DNA of 64,000 nucleotides from Octopus vulgaris (Eukaryota): positions 8,804,001 through 8,868,000 of the forward strand of contig OX597822.1 in NCBI GenBank assembly GCA_951406725.2. The letters run 5' to 3'. Numbering within the stretch: position 1 is the stretch's first letter; each line of letters starts with the position of its first letter. Both the position numbers and the translations under genes were made by a program. Of this stretch, positions 12,630-26,219 are shown piece by piece. The notes below the pieces were generated by a model. The model searched no databases. It was not told where the DNA came from and saw nothing but the letters and a program-made list of their open reading frames with translations.

Positions 12630-12890
12630 TTCATTATCAGAAGCGTACTTTTTATACACTGGAAAAGTCTTTAAGAAATGTAGACGTCATAAAATGCAAT
12701 TTTCTAATTCCGCAAATGGCATTTTCATAGTTTCTAGTAAAAAGAAATCCAATCAGTATTATTAGATGAGTGGTCTAGGTTCTCAGTAGTAAGTAAACTT
12801 TCATTTTGAATTATTTTCAAAACAAACTCATTTGAACTTCAAGTCATATTCGGAATGTGTGGTGATGATGTTGAAATTGACGAGATATAA
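12630..12890 (+). pseudogene. Possible Merlin (IS1016-like) transposase relic
   Basis: 12852-12887 translates GMCGDDVEIDEI, resembling the Merlin GG.G..VEIDES motif; DEWSRF upstream. Confidence 0.4.
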
Positions 12891-13562
12891 TATACTTACG
12901 CTAGTGATTAACTTTCTTTCGGTATATTAGTTCTCCGGCTAATTAAATTGTGTATTTACCTCATAAAACGAAATTATTAATAAACTTTGTGAGAATTATG
13001 CTCTTCGTGCAATAAACAGCGCATAGACAAAAGTATAACACGTACGTATATAGTGATGTATATGCTAAGGTATACACATTTTATGAACGGTGGAGGTGTC
13101 GGTCAAAGCTGTAATGTGTAAATAGAGAAACATGTCTTCGTGGGGAGATATTGATTGATCATCTCTGTGGGTGGAAAACCATGGTGTGGAGGTCTCACAG
13201 ATTTTCGATTCTTTTTCGTTATCACTTCAGGGAGAAATCATTCATACCTCTTTTATCATTTTTGAGATGAGAAACATGTTATAACTCTATATCATGTAAC
13301 GAGAAATTATGCCTTACTGGGGCATCGTATTGAAGGGTTTAGCCGAACAAGTTGAACCCAGTAAATAATATTTCTTTTTACATTTGGAATGTAGTCCAAA
13401 GAGTAATGAAAAAACTAAAGACAATGTGAAAGAAATACAATTGACGTGATTAATAAATTCTCGTATATTTTATATTCCGTCTTTCATTTGGCATATACAT
13501 AACGATCATTGCGAAAGTGACCATGCTTTACCAGTAAACTACCAGGTGTGAACTATTCGTTT

Positions 13563-13654
<92 letters not shown>

Positions 13655-14097
13655 TAGAAAGATAGATAGATATATAGATAGATTGATAGATAGATAGATG
13701 AGAAAAAGTTGAGTTCTGTTTCTTCCTTTACTGTGGAGGGCTCCAAAGGTCAATTTCTAATAAAGATACTTCATATTTCATTGGTAGCTTACCGTCGTAA
13801 GAATTTCACGAATAATATGAAAATGCTATAAGTTTAAGGTGTGTTATAGAACTAGGATCCTACAGAAACTCAATAAACTGTTAAAGATGGAAAAGATAAG
13901 GTGTTAAAAATTTGAAAAGAATTTAATCCAAGCATGCGATCGTTTCAAACAGCAATATTATTAGAAATTAATTTTATTAGAATTAAATGAATTACATATC
14001 ACTGTTCTCTTCAGTGCGAAAAAAGAATACATCAAAAATATTATTATTATTGTTACTGAAGCCTTGATGAAGTGAGTCACATAACATATTCGGATAT

Positions 14098-14517
14098 TAC
14101 TCTTTTCTCCTTTACTCTTTTACTTGTTTCAGTCATTTGACTGCGGCCATGCTGGAGCACCGCCTTTAGTCGAGCAAATCGACCCCGGGACTTATTCTTT
14201 GTAAGCCCAGTACTTATTCTATCGGTCTGTTTTGCCGAACCGCTAAGTGACGGGGACGTAAACACACCAGCATCGGTTGTCAGGCAATGCTAGGGGGACA
14301 AACACAGAAACACAAACACACACACACACACATATATATATATACATATATACGACAGGCTTCTTTCAGTTTCCGTCTACCAAATCCACTCACAAGGCAT
14401 TGGTCGGCCCGAGGCTATAGTAGATGACACTTGCCCAAGATGCCACGCAATGGGACTGAACCTGGAACCATGAGGTTGGTTAGCAAGCTACTTACCACAC
14501 AGCCACTCTTGCGCCTA
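14098..14517 (-). mobile_element. Full-length tRNA-derived SINE, type A (octopus OK/OR-like)
   Basis: Head with A box (tggctgtgtggt) and B-like box (ggttcagtcc), internal microsatellite, tail actgaaacaagtaaaagag; near-identical copies at 31190 and 41744. Confidence 0.92.
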
Positions 14518-14791
14518 TATATGTATTATCCTTATGAAAGATTAAGAACATGCTAAGATAATGTAATTTTTGATTTATTCTTTTTGCGCACTGAGGAGAA
14601 CAGTAATATGAAATAAATTTAGTTTTAATTAAATTAATTTCTGATTTTTCTACCATATTATTTACATGATCACATGCATGGATTAAACTCTTTTCAAATT
14701 CCTAACATCTGCTTTTCTCCATCTTTAACAGTTTGTTGAATTTCTATAGGATACTTGTTCTATAAATCCTTATTACGCACCTTATACATAC

Positions 14792-14870
<79 letters not shown>

Positions 14871-15010
14871 TACGACGGGCTTATTTAAGCTTCCGTTTAC
14901 CAGATACACTCATAAGGCTTTAATAGTAGAAGACAGTTACCAGAAGTGCCTCAGAGCGTGACTGAACCTAAGACCCCGCACTTTAGGTGAAAGTTTCTTC
15001 GGCACACAAC
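14871..15010 (-). mobile_element. Degenerate SINE type A, 5' half
   Basis: tacgacgggctt...ttccgtttacc...tagtagaagac...gactgaacc. Confidence 0.65.
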
Positions 15011-15089
15011 CAGTTATACGTCCATGTTTTCATGGTTTTCATATTTGCTTTCACTGGATATGTAGACAAATATCTAGTCATATATATAC

Positions 15090-15310
15090 TTATTTCTTTA
15101 TTACCCACAAGGGGCTAAACACAGAGAGGAAAACAAGGACAGACATAGGTATTAAGTGGATTACATCGACCCCAGTGCGTAACTGGTACTTAATTTATCG
15201 ACCCCGAAAGGATGAAAGGCAAAGTCGACCTCGGCGGAATTTGAACTCACAACGTAACGCAGACAAAATACGGCTAAGCATTTCGCCCGGCGTGCTAACG
15301 TTTCTGCCAG
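15090..15310 (-). mobile_element. SINE type E
   Basis: Minus: ggcagaaacgttagcacgccggg...gagttcaaattcc (B box)...gaggtcgactttgcctttcatcctttcggggtcg. Confidence 0.85.
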
Positions 15311-15389
15311 TCATATATATATACTGCTTACCTGACTGTACGAGTTGTACATTACGGTATTCTATCAGCATTTTAAGTTGTTAACCAAT

Positions 15390-15560
15390 TCTGTTTCACG
15401 TAATTGACTTCACTTTGCTAAATGTAAACCGATGGCTTTCTATTTCTTTCTGGACGTGGTTACCGCTTCGGAGTTCTTCAATGACTTTGCACCTGTTAAT
15501 ACCCATTAAATGTCGTGACTTCCTGAAATTGAAGAAACGAAAAACTATATTCGTTCTCAT
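15390..15560 (-). pseudogene. Possible pogo/Tigger (CENP-B-like HTH) N-terminal relic
   Basis: RKSRHL.GINRCKVIEELRSG..VQKEI...F.FSKVKSI resembles a psq-type HTH. Confidence 0.35.
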
Positions 15561-16484
15561 TTGTCTAAGGACATTTAACTCAACATCACAGTGTTGACTA
15601 AAAACACGTACCACAAAAGAACATATCCTCTAATGTGCACATCAAAATTTGAAATTAGACGGCGAATTACCAGCGTAAATTGGTTTCTTTGCGTTTATGG
15701 AAAGAATACTTCGCGTGTCGTAGCTTTTTCCAGTGAACATTTCAAACAGCTCTTATTCATTATGTTCATTATTAAGAGTTGAGAGCATTTCGTTTATTGA
15801 TCGAAAATAAAATGATCGGAACCTAAGAAACTTGATCCAAATGCATTACCTTAGAAATGTATTGAATTCTTCCAAAACTGTGTATTGACAAACAGAGAGG
15901 TGGACTGGAAACGAAAATGTAAGCCAAAGAAAAAATAAATAAAGAAATAAAGAGAGAATGGAATGGTTTACCAAACACTGTTACATGAATGACACAAAAG
16001 CATCATGGGATAGAATTACAATTACTTATTTTCCCAAATATGCCTATACGGCTTCGTCAGCCTTACTTCCGCTAGCACGGAAATCTAAGACACTTCCTGA
16101 AGCATACAAAACAACTTGCAGCTGAGGTTGTATTCAATGCAACAATACGTAGCATAACATATTCTCTACTGATTTGATCCTTCATTCTCACAGGTTCACA
16201 CATTCAGACAGAAGCACAGACACACAAGCGCGCTCACATACAACTAACCGCATGCTTACATACACTTAACTGAGTTTCTGTGTGCGTACGTAAGATGCTT
16301 TATATTTATACACTCACACACACGTACCTATACGCACAAATGCACCCATACACAAACACACACCTATATGGGGAGAGAGAAAATTTGGCATATACATACA
16401 TGCACAATACATATATATGTGTGCATATATAAATACATACATATTTAGATAAATAAATTTATGTGTATACTACATATACACGTA

Positions 16485-16551
<67 letters not shown>

Positions 16552-16870
16552 ATATATGTATATATATATATGTATGTATGTATGTGTGTATGTACATGTC
16601 TGTGTGCGTCTCTGTGTTTGTGAACGTATAGATACTCATAGCAACCATACGTTGCGTAGTGTACATACACCTACCCAATATATGGGTGTCTGAGTGTATG
16701 CATAAGAATGTATATACGTACATATTGTTTTTCAATTTTGCACTCGATTCACCTTTGTGTAAGTATGAATAACGAAAAAACAATTTTTTTGTATCATTGT
16801 TCCTTCAGGTTACTATATAGATAGATTTCAATTGAAAGTCTTTGATATAGCCTCAACGGAAGTACCATAT

Positions 16871-16983
<113 letters not shown>

Positions 16984-16986
16984 GTA

Positions 16987-17026
<40 letters not shown>

Positions 17027-18259
17027 CGTACATATATATACATATATATATATATACATATTTATATATGCATATATATAACTTTCTATTCTTTCATTGT
17101 TATACATACACACACTCACACAAACGCACCCATGTTTAGGTACATGTATATGTATATATGCGTGTGTGTGCGTATATGTATATATATACCCATATATATA
17201 TACACATATACATACCTTGCATACTGTATAATCATAAATATACGTATATAAAAATATACCTATAGATATAAAACTATATGTGTACATATAGGTACGTATG
17301 CATATTACGTGCATATATGTATGCTTATATACATGTATGCCTACATACCTATGTGCATACTTACTCACGTAAATACATACATACCTGCAAACATAGAGGC
17401 ATACGTACGTGCGTACGTATATTTAAAAGAATAATATATTAATCGAAGATTGAAATATTGGTTTCTTAAAACTAAAAGCGTTTTGTAATTTCCCAAAGGA
17501 AAATTAATGTAGCTCTTTCATTAGTTCCTTATTTTTGCGTCAATAATTGAATTATTTAGGCCACGGGTCTCTGAAAGCTAAACTAAATTGAAGAGGAAAA
17601 AAATTTAAAAGAAAATATGTGTTTCGTATATAAGAAGTGCTTGTGTCGAACCACACTTTATATAGAACCATATACGAGAGATGTATATATATATATATTT
17701 ATGAAAGAAGACAACACTAACACAAACATGCACATATAGTCATATATGTATGTAAGTATGTATGTATGTATGTATGTATGTATGTATGTATGTATGTATG
17801 TATATATGTAACGAACAGGCAACCCCCATTTTCCCCCATTTATCAATGCCTTCCCTCTCCTTTCGACCGTTTTATTTTCCTCCTTCCCTCATTCCTTGCC
17901 TCACTCTTTCTGTTTGTTTTTCTCACTTGTTCTCAATCTCTTTCATTCTTTTTTTAACTTTTTATCTTGGTGTACTTGCAACTTACTAAATTTCCCTTGT
18001 CTTGTTTTTTTGTGATTTCTTCGACCTACTTCTTAGCCCCTTTACCTGCTTTCTATGTCAATCAGTCTTACCTTCTCTGATAAATCCCTTACTGGCAGAC
18101 ATTACCACGAATGGCAATGGCGGAGTCAAACTCAAAATGCTTCATTATTACCGTTGGTCTGTTCTTTTTTCCGTTCTGAACCAGCTATGAAAAATTTAAC
18201 CTGCTTAGAGGTAGCGTGGACATTACACACGTACTTGATTATATGGTATCATAGTCATG

Positions 18260-19270
18260 AAAGCAGATAAGACCAAAGAAATTAGGATAACTTGTAATCA
18301 AAAATGGGAAAGTGGCCTGCTTGAAGTTCCAGCTTGATGTTGAGCAACAGGTTACTCAGAACAACCAAATAAGTTTCAGAAATGAGTGATGTAATGTCGT
18401 GCATATTATAGGAATCACTGAACCCAAGACAGAAGACCAGTCTAATGAACAGTTAGGAAAGACAGAGGTATCATTAACCAAATAATGGAAGTTTTGGATT
18501 TTCCAGTATGAGCTCATAACACGATGTGATTATTGACGTTTTATGATGCACCTGTAGCACCCGTGGAATTGTAGGAGAGGCAAATGATCAATATTATATG
18601 CAGATACCTCGAACTAGACGTTTACATTTAGTTCTATCATCAGTGACTGGTACAAATTTGCTATTTTATTGAGATGTCTGCAAATTCTAGAGCGACACAC
18701 ATCATACAAGACCAGCAAACAGCTGAGCAGGAGATTCGTTCGTTTCATTGAGAAAAGAAATGAAGCTGAAATTGAAGGCTATCTTTAGGTTCTCAGTTTG
18801 AAGAATAATGTATTGCGGAGCACCGAGCAAGAGCGGCTGCCAAGGTCGAGAAATTAGTAAGATATTAAGAAAATGTAAATTCCCCTCTTGGAAGACACTG
18901 GTGAAAATCCTGACCTACGAAGTCTGGGTCACAAGTAATTTGGACAACGTGTGACCTGCCAAAGTTGAAGATAATGCTAATTAAAATTTTGTAACTAAGA
19001 CTTGTGTTGAATTATGTACGGAGTAAGGTATGTTATCACTAATACAAGAAAACTGCATTTAGCAGGTTGGAGATCACAGAGACGGATCAGTACAGGCTAA
19101 CATATTGGATCAGGAAAAAGGGAAAATCATGAAACACGTTTGACAATAATTGCATAATTTTAATTCCGCTGGGATAGATTGAGCCATTCCAGTCTAAAAA
19201 ACCAAGATATGTTCCTGCCAGCGGCCCCATCTTGTAAGACTTAGATAAATCTGGAAAGAAAACATGCTCC
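18260..19270 (-). pseudogene. Highly degenerate LINE RT remnant
   Basis: HVFFPDLSKSY resembles the RT motif F.DL.KAYD; the rest is fragmented. Confidence 0.4.
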
Positions 19271-19305
19271 AAACATTCCTAATTCTTACGTGGTTATATA
19301 ATATA

Positions 19306-19457
19306 GGCACAGCGTGGTTATGTGGTAAGAATCTTGCTTTCCAACCACATGATTCCGGGTTCAGTCCCACTGAGTGGCAACTTTGGCAAGTATTTTCTAC
19401 TATCGCTTCGTGAGTAGATTTGGTGGACGGAAACTGAGACCGTTGTACATACATGCG

Positions 19458-19535
<78 letters not shown>

Positions 19536-19549
19536 CATACATACATACA

Positions 19550-19583
<34 letters not shown>

Positions 19584-20070
19584 CATACATATATATAGAT
19601 CAAAACAGTTTGACTCAAATTTCTTAGTACTCCGAGTTTCAAATTGTGATTCTAATCCTTGGCTAGTGGAAAGATTCACAAAGGCTGAGGATTAGCATCG
19701 CGCTTTGTAACTCAGAGTACCAAGGAATATGAATCAAACTGTTGATTTATACATGTGACTGTCAATAAATGTGTTGAGTGTTGTTCTTTCTGTTATTCAC
19801 TCACTCGTATATTTGTATGTATGTATGTGTGTGTGTGTGTGTGTTTGTTTGTCCCCTGTTTGTGTCTGTGTTTGTCCTCAACCACCGCTTCACAACCGGT
19901 GTTATTGTGTTTATGTCACCTAGCGGTTCGGTAGCAGACCAATAGAATAAGTACCACGCTTAGAAAAATAAAATAAAAGAAATACTCGGATCGATTAATT
20001 CGCCTAAATATTATCCAAGGTAGTGCCCCAGCATGGGCGCAGTCTAATAACCGAAACAAGTAGGAGATAA
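19306..20070 (+). mobile_element. SINE type A split at its internal microsatellite by a fold-back insert
   Basis: 5' half 19306-19443 and 3' half 19820-20070 match full copies. Confidence 0.8.
19598..19807 (+). mobile_element. Fold-back element with hammerhead remnant
   Basis: Arms 19598-19664 and 19683-19747; CTGAGGA at 19685; left arm on minus reads GAAACTCGGAGTA. Confidence 0.7.
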
Positions 20071-20427
20071 AGGAAAAAAAAGATTGAAATTTACTTTACG
20101 AAGTGTTCAACAGTTCTTCAATTTGAAGCTATTTTTCAGCGAAGTATTTTCCAATTCTAATAATTATCTCAATGTGTCGTTATCGTCTTTATATACTTTG
20201 TATAATTTTGACAGATTGAATTTCCTCAATGTAATCTTAGTTAATAGTTAATTAATTTTTATTGTTTAAATGCTGTGCTTTTTCCACGTGTTTATTGGTG
20301 TGTTTTTATGTTGTCTCTGGATTTATATCTTTTAAACGGTTTACATGGTTAATACAGAGTTTATAACCGATGTCTCTCACCATCTGATCCAAAACAGAAA
20401 CAGACACTTTTATATAGCGCATTGTTT

Positions 20428-20501
<74 letters not shown>

Positions 20502-20506
20502 TGATA

Positions 20507-20562
<56 letters not shown>

Positions 20563-20639
20563 TAATTATTATTATTATTATTATTGTTATTATTGTTATT
20601 ATTATTATTATTATTGTTGTTATTGTTATTAATATCATT

Positions 20640-20710
<71 letters not shown>
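20428..20710. repeat. (TAA)n-(TTA)n-(TAG)n compound microsatellite
   Basis: Seen directly. Confidence 0.95.
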
Positions 20711-20899
20711 TATATTTCTGTGATTGTGTTTGGTTACTTTATTTTTTACGGTTTTTCATTTCCGATCTATTAATCTGTAATATTCAGAACTACCATTTCA
20801 ATCATTAACCATTATAAATTATAATTAAATATGTTATCGTTATGTTTTCTGGTAACTTCACAAGCAAAACGATTGATATGTTTCATTATTTTATTATCA

Positions 20900-21313
20900 A
20901 TTTCAGCTAGAAACTGTGGTCATGTTGTGGTGTCAACATTAGCAGCAATATTGTAATTTTTTACTTTATATTCACTTCGAAGTTCGATCTCCGGAATCAG
21001 TTCTCATCAAGGAATAAGCTTGACAGAGCTACCTTTCTTTGCGATTCTATCTGTTATGTAGGTTCATCTGGTACATTAGCTCAAATTTTGTCAAATGTTG
21101 TTTGAAAACATCCTCAGCTACACCTCCTAGGTCTCTGACACATTTTGGGAATATATTAACAAGCTGTGAGCCCTCCAAAACTAGTCTCTTACAATACTGG
21201 ATTTTTAACGTCGACGTAGATACCAGGGATTTTGGTATCATGCAATATCGTCCAGTCCTATAATTGGTATAGCTTCTAATCCCAAAGTTAGGTGCAAGAT
21301 CTTCCAGTACCTC

Positions 21314-21315
<2 letters not shown>
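20900..21315 (-). pseudogene. CR1-clade LINE, 3' fragment
   Basis: EGSQLVNIFPKCVRDL.GV.EDVFKQHL, homologous to 40215-40330; same 3' tail as 40432-40503. Confidence 0.75.
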
Positions 21316-21406
<91 letters not shown>

Positions 21407-21409
<3 letters not shown>

Positions 21410-21736
21410 AGATGTACTCGCATAGCAAGTAATTTGATCTGAGATCGTGTGCTGAAACGAAAACAATTGCAGCGTGGAAGGTGTTTATAAGCCATTTAAG
21501 AAACACACAAAAGCCGTTCGATTCACTCCAACATTTAAGTTTAATTTGTCAAAATATTTTCGTCGCTAAAATCCGCGACCTGTTCACTGACAAAGTCCGT
21601 GCTGCACGGACTTTGTCAGTGAACAAGTCGCGGATTTTAGCGACGAAAATATTTTGACAAATTAAACTTAAATGTTGGGTGAATCGAACGGCTTTTGTGT
21701 GTTTCTTAAATGGCTTATAAACACCTTCCACGCTGC

Positions 21737-21740
<4 letters not shown>
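21407..21740 (-). mobile_element. Near-perfect 276-bp palindrome (21465-21740, centre 21603) with a tail, between (TA)n tracts
   Basis: Arms of 138 and 137 bp differ by about one substitution and one indel. Confidence 0.9.
21612..21661 (+). ncRNA. Type I hammerhead ribozyme motif, G3:C8 variant (mirror copy on minus at about 21545-21594)
   Basis: Stem I TTTGTCA/TGACAAA; core GTGAACA plus an extra purine; stem II GTCGC/GCGAC; GAAA; stem III A-ATAT-T; N17=T. Confidence 0.7.
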
Positions 21741-21777
<37 letters not shown>

Positions 21778-21778
<1 letters not shown>

Positions 21779-22000
21779 TTTATTTAAAGCAGCAGAAAAT
21801 TCAACAAAACCTGTTACTCTGAGTTTCCCGTTGCCGTTCGTCGGACAGTTTTTCTAGCGAAAAATGTCCGACGAACGGCGGAAACTCAAGTAACAGGTTT
21901 TGTTGAATTTTCTGCTGCTTTAAATAAAGCATATTACTCTACCACTGGTATTTGAATACCCTTTTTTCCACTTTGTTTCACATTTATGTGTTTACTCCGG
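21778..22000 (+). mobile_element. Fold-back element (arms 21778-21854 and 21859-21930) with a tail, between (TA)n tracts
   Basis: ctttatttaaagcagcagaaaattcaacaaaacctgttac pairs with gtaacaggttttgttgaattttctgctgctttaaataaag. Confidence 0.88.
21811..21848 (-). ncRNA. Type I hammerhead ribozyme motif, U4C variant
   Basis: Minus: CTGT-CCGACGA-ACG GCAA CGG-GAAA-CTC A GAG-TA-ACAG. Confidence 0.6.
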
Positions 22001-24114
22001 TATATATATAGACAGTAAAGTAAAGTATCTTAAATTTATGGGTGACTCAATCGGTTGTGTAAAGAGCCGTGTTAGCGTTGATATGTGGGTTCGATTCTGG
22101 CTGGAGTTTGCTCATCATTTCTCAGTCAATTGTTTAGATAAATGTTGCTTTAATCGGAGTATATATATTATAATTTATGATATATTATTATATATTTATT
22201 ATTCTCCGTAGATTATTAAGTGTACCATGTTATCTATATTAAAAAAAAATCCGAAACACACCGAAAAAATAAGCAAGATCTTGTGTTTAACTACCTTGAT
22301 TCATAACTAATCATTAAATAATTGCTATCTCTAATAACATTAATTTAAATAATACGCATTTCAAAAGATGAATACGTAACATTTTTGAGAGCACCTCTTT
22401 GGATGGAATTCACAACCCTCCCTCCACTTACCAATGTGTTTAACTCAGCAAACACTCTTAAATTGCTGAATAGCATTGTCAGTTTACTCTTAAAATATTG
22501 TTTCATGACGTTCATTTCAGCTGCAAGTTGAATTAATCTCCCTCTATTGGCCCTCGGTTATTTTTGTTTCCTCTTTCTTTTAATATTGTTTAAATAGTCT
22601 AGAAAATTGAGATATAAAAAGTAATTCAACATCATTCAGAAAACTATCTTATACTAAATGAATTAGATATATATATCTATATTATTGTATGAAGTCAATG
22701 AAAGCCTCATTCTCTAGAGAGGTAAAGAATATTGGAGAAGTTTATTGAGTTTTTCTGATGCATATAACTGTCAGAAATAGTTCAGCGAAACTCTAGTGGA
22801 GGGATTTCAACTTTCAGAAGTGTGAAATTCATGTTGACATATTTTATCATTGCGTCAAACTGAAGTAAATTCTCCCTGGAATATTGCAATTACCTTGCAT
22901 GTCTTTCATGAAAACGGTAAAGTATATATTTTGGAAAATATTGGAATAATCTCTGAAGAAAAAGGTTTTGATGTTTTATGTCAAATGTAACAGCTAACAA
23001 AAGGATTGAGATGAAGATATGAAAGACCGAAAATTAAAAAAATACAATATATAAAAACGTAATTATTTTTCTCTTCTTATTCTGCTTCAAAGTTTACATG
23101 AATGTCATTAAAACAGAAACGGGAGTGAATGGTGTAAACGTTAAAACCACAGACGAAATTTGTAACAGCATTTAGTTTCGTATGAATACATTACGACTTC
23201 AAACAGCACCAAATATAGCGAACACACTGATAATATTCAAAGCGCATGTACAGAACGAACAGACAGTTTTATACAATGGTAGTGCGTCAGAATTTAAATA
23301 CGAGTGATACCAGTTCAACTTACACAGCAGTGATACTAATTATGAATGCACAAATGAATCTAATTATTTGTTCGAATTACAAGACATAACCGCCAAATAA
23401 CACTCGAATCGCGTTCTTCTATCTTAAGGAAATAAACACTCGATAACGTAGACCGATATATACAGTTACTGTCACCAAATGAACCAGGATAGTCGTTTCT
23501 GTTATAATAATTAAAATATAGAAATGGGATCCATTGACTAAATAGCATATAACAGGATGCATATTACAGGATGCATATAACAAAATAGCATATTACGTAA
23601 AAATAAATACGCCATAATTTATAGATTTATATTGAATTATCCAAGAAATATAGCATTAACTTAAACAAAAAGTTATATTTGTTGAAAGGGAGTTACTACC
23701 TAAGCAATAGCAGAAGCAATAGATTATCTGGAAACAAAAGTATGAAAAATGAATTTTTCATTTGGTTTCAGAGCTATAGTATAATAAATTAATTGGGTGA
23801 TTAGCATTCTAACGAATTTTAGAAGTGATTAGATTTACATAATCTTAAATAGTTTCTTGTAGATTATGTAGCTTCATTTCATAAAATATATAACGATCCA
23901 TCTAACGTTTTGCTTGATTATAAATAAACATAGTCATAGATTAAGAAGTATGCTGTCACAAAGAAGGCTCGGTCTATTTCTCTTTCTCTCCCTCTTTCTC
24001 TCTGTCTCTCACATACACACACACAAACATACACATGCGTAAACAAGCATACATACATATTTTTAACACATACATATTTTTATACATATTAATATGCAAA
24101 TATATTTGGAGGCA

Positions 24115-24166
<52 letters not shown>

Positions 24167-24169
24167 TAT

Positions 24170-24343
24170 ACGACGGACCTCTTTCAGTTTCCATCTACCA
24201 AATTTTTGGTAGACGGAAACAAGGCTTTGGTGTGCCCGAGGCTATAGTAGAAGATACTTGCCCAAGGTACCACGCATTAGGACTGAACCCGGAACCATGT
24301 TGTTCGGAAGCAAGGTACTTACCACACAGCCACTCCTATGGCT
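24170..24343 (-). mobile_element. SINE type A, 5' half
   Basis: Matches 31430-31595. Confidence 0.85.
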
Positions 24344-24406
24344 ATGTATTATATATATATATATACATATAAATATATGTATGTATGCATGTATATGTAT
24401 ATATAT

Positions 24407-24507
<101 letters not shown>

Positions 24508-24533
24508 ATATATGGTAAATGACGGAAAATAGA

Positions 24534-24567
<34 letters not shown>

Positions 24568-24984
24568 ATATACACATATTTATATATATCCGTCTGTATG
24601 TACGATGATATGTATATCCTAAAAGTTTAACGGTCTTCAGCTCTAGCCGTTGGGACGGGAGTTAACGACGTTTCAGATAAAATGTCGGAAACACTTCTCC
24701 CAATGGGATAAGTACATTAGAAAGTTTAAACTTTAGAAATAAATATATACTATGCCAACGCAAGCCGTTAGTATTCTCAAAGGATTCGAGAGTTTGTTTC
24801 ATAAATAAGTGTGTGTGTGTGTGTGTGTGTGTGCAAAATTTTTATGTTCGTGGACATGTGTGTATTTGTGTTTTCAACCATTTATATAACAGATTATACA
24901 AGACATTAGATAGACATACTGGCAGGCAGACAGATAGATAAATAGAGAGAGAGAGAGAGAGAGAGACAAACAGATAGTTAGATC

Positions 24985-25034
<50 letters not shown>

Positions 25035-25054
25035 TAGATAGATAGATAGATAAA

Positions 25055-25376
25055 GAAGACTCCGCCGGTTACGACGACGAGTGTCCCAGCTGATACGATC
25101 AACGGAACAGCTTGCTCGTGAAATTAACGTGCAAATGGCTGAGCATTCCACAGACACGTGTACCCTTAACGTAGTTCTCGGGGATAATCAGCGTGACACA
25201 GAGAGTGACAAGGCTGACCCTTTGAAATACAAGTACAACTCATTTTTGCCAGCTGAGTGGACTGGAGCAACGTGAAATAAAGTGTCTTGCTCAAGGACAC
25301 AACGCGTCGCCGGGAATCGAACTCACAACCTTACGATCATGAGCCGAATGCCCTAACCACTAAGCCACGCGCCCTC
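25055..25376 (-). mobile_element. tRNA-derived SINE, type C, inserted in (GATA)n
   Basis: Minus head ggcgcgtggcttagtggttaggg...gagttcgattcc (A/B boxes); GATA tracts on both sides. Confidence 0.9.
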
Positions 25377-25378
25377 AC

Positions 25379-25435
<57 letters not shown>

Positions 25436-25439
25436 TGAT

Positions 25440-25592
<153 letters not shown>

Positions 25593-25973
25593 GCAGAGAA
25601 ACAGATAGAGATATAGCATAACACCAGGTGTTTCAGATACAATACCAATCCCTGCTTTAGTACTGCATTCTACCAAGCTTCTGCTCGTCTAACCGTTCAT
25701 GCCATTCATTCTGGGTGGCCTTCGTCACCCGAGATGACATATTTCGATCACCCTTCCACCTATACTTGTAGGCACTATAGTGTCGCCTGTAGCTCTGTGT
25801 GGACCAGAAATATGTATCATAATGTTTCATAATGCGATGAGATTGAGACATGCAAATTGAATAAGTTGGACGAAGTTTCCAAGGAATAATTCAGCTTTTT
25901 ATAAAGAAGGAGGCGCGTGGCAGCTTTTTACATAGATAAGTGTGCAAGTGCAAGCGTGTGTATTTATATGTAA

Positions 25974-26013
<40 letters not shown>

Positions 26014-26219
26014 GGAGATGTGGAACACGAGTTGTGATATATAAAAAAAGGAAATGAAGAAAATGCTGACAAAATAATTTAAGTAAGGGAGAGTGTATTT
26101 AATTAGGTGAAAGTTCTTTTTACCGGTTGCGCATTTGTTATGCTTATCAAAAGATATTTTGAGAGAGACACATATATACACGCGCGCACACATACATACA
26201 TATAGCTCTTCCTGTCCTA

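Noticed and set aside
16690-16870. Possible pLTR with CTGAAGGA on minus
   Set aside because: Core and stems too degenerate to call
24600-24810. CTGAAGA on minus between microsatellites
   Set aside because: No GAAA or convincing stems, so a hammerhead is not supported
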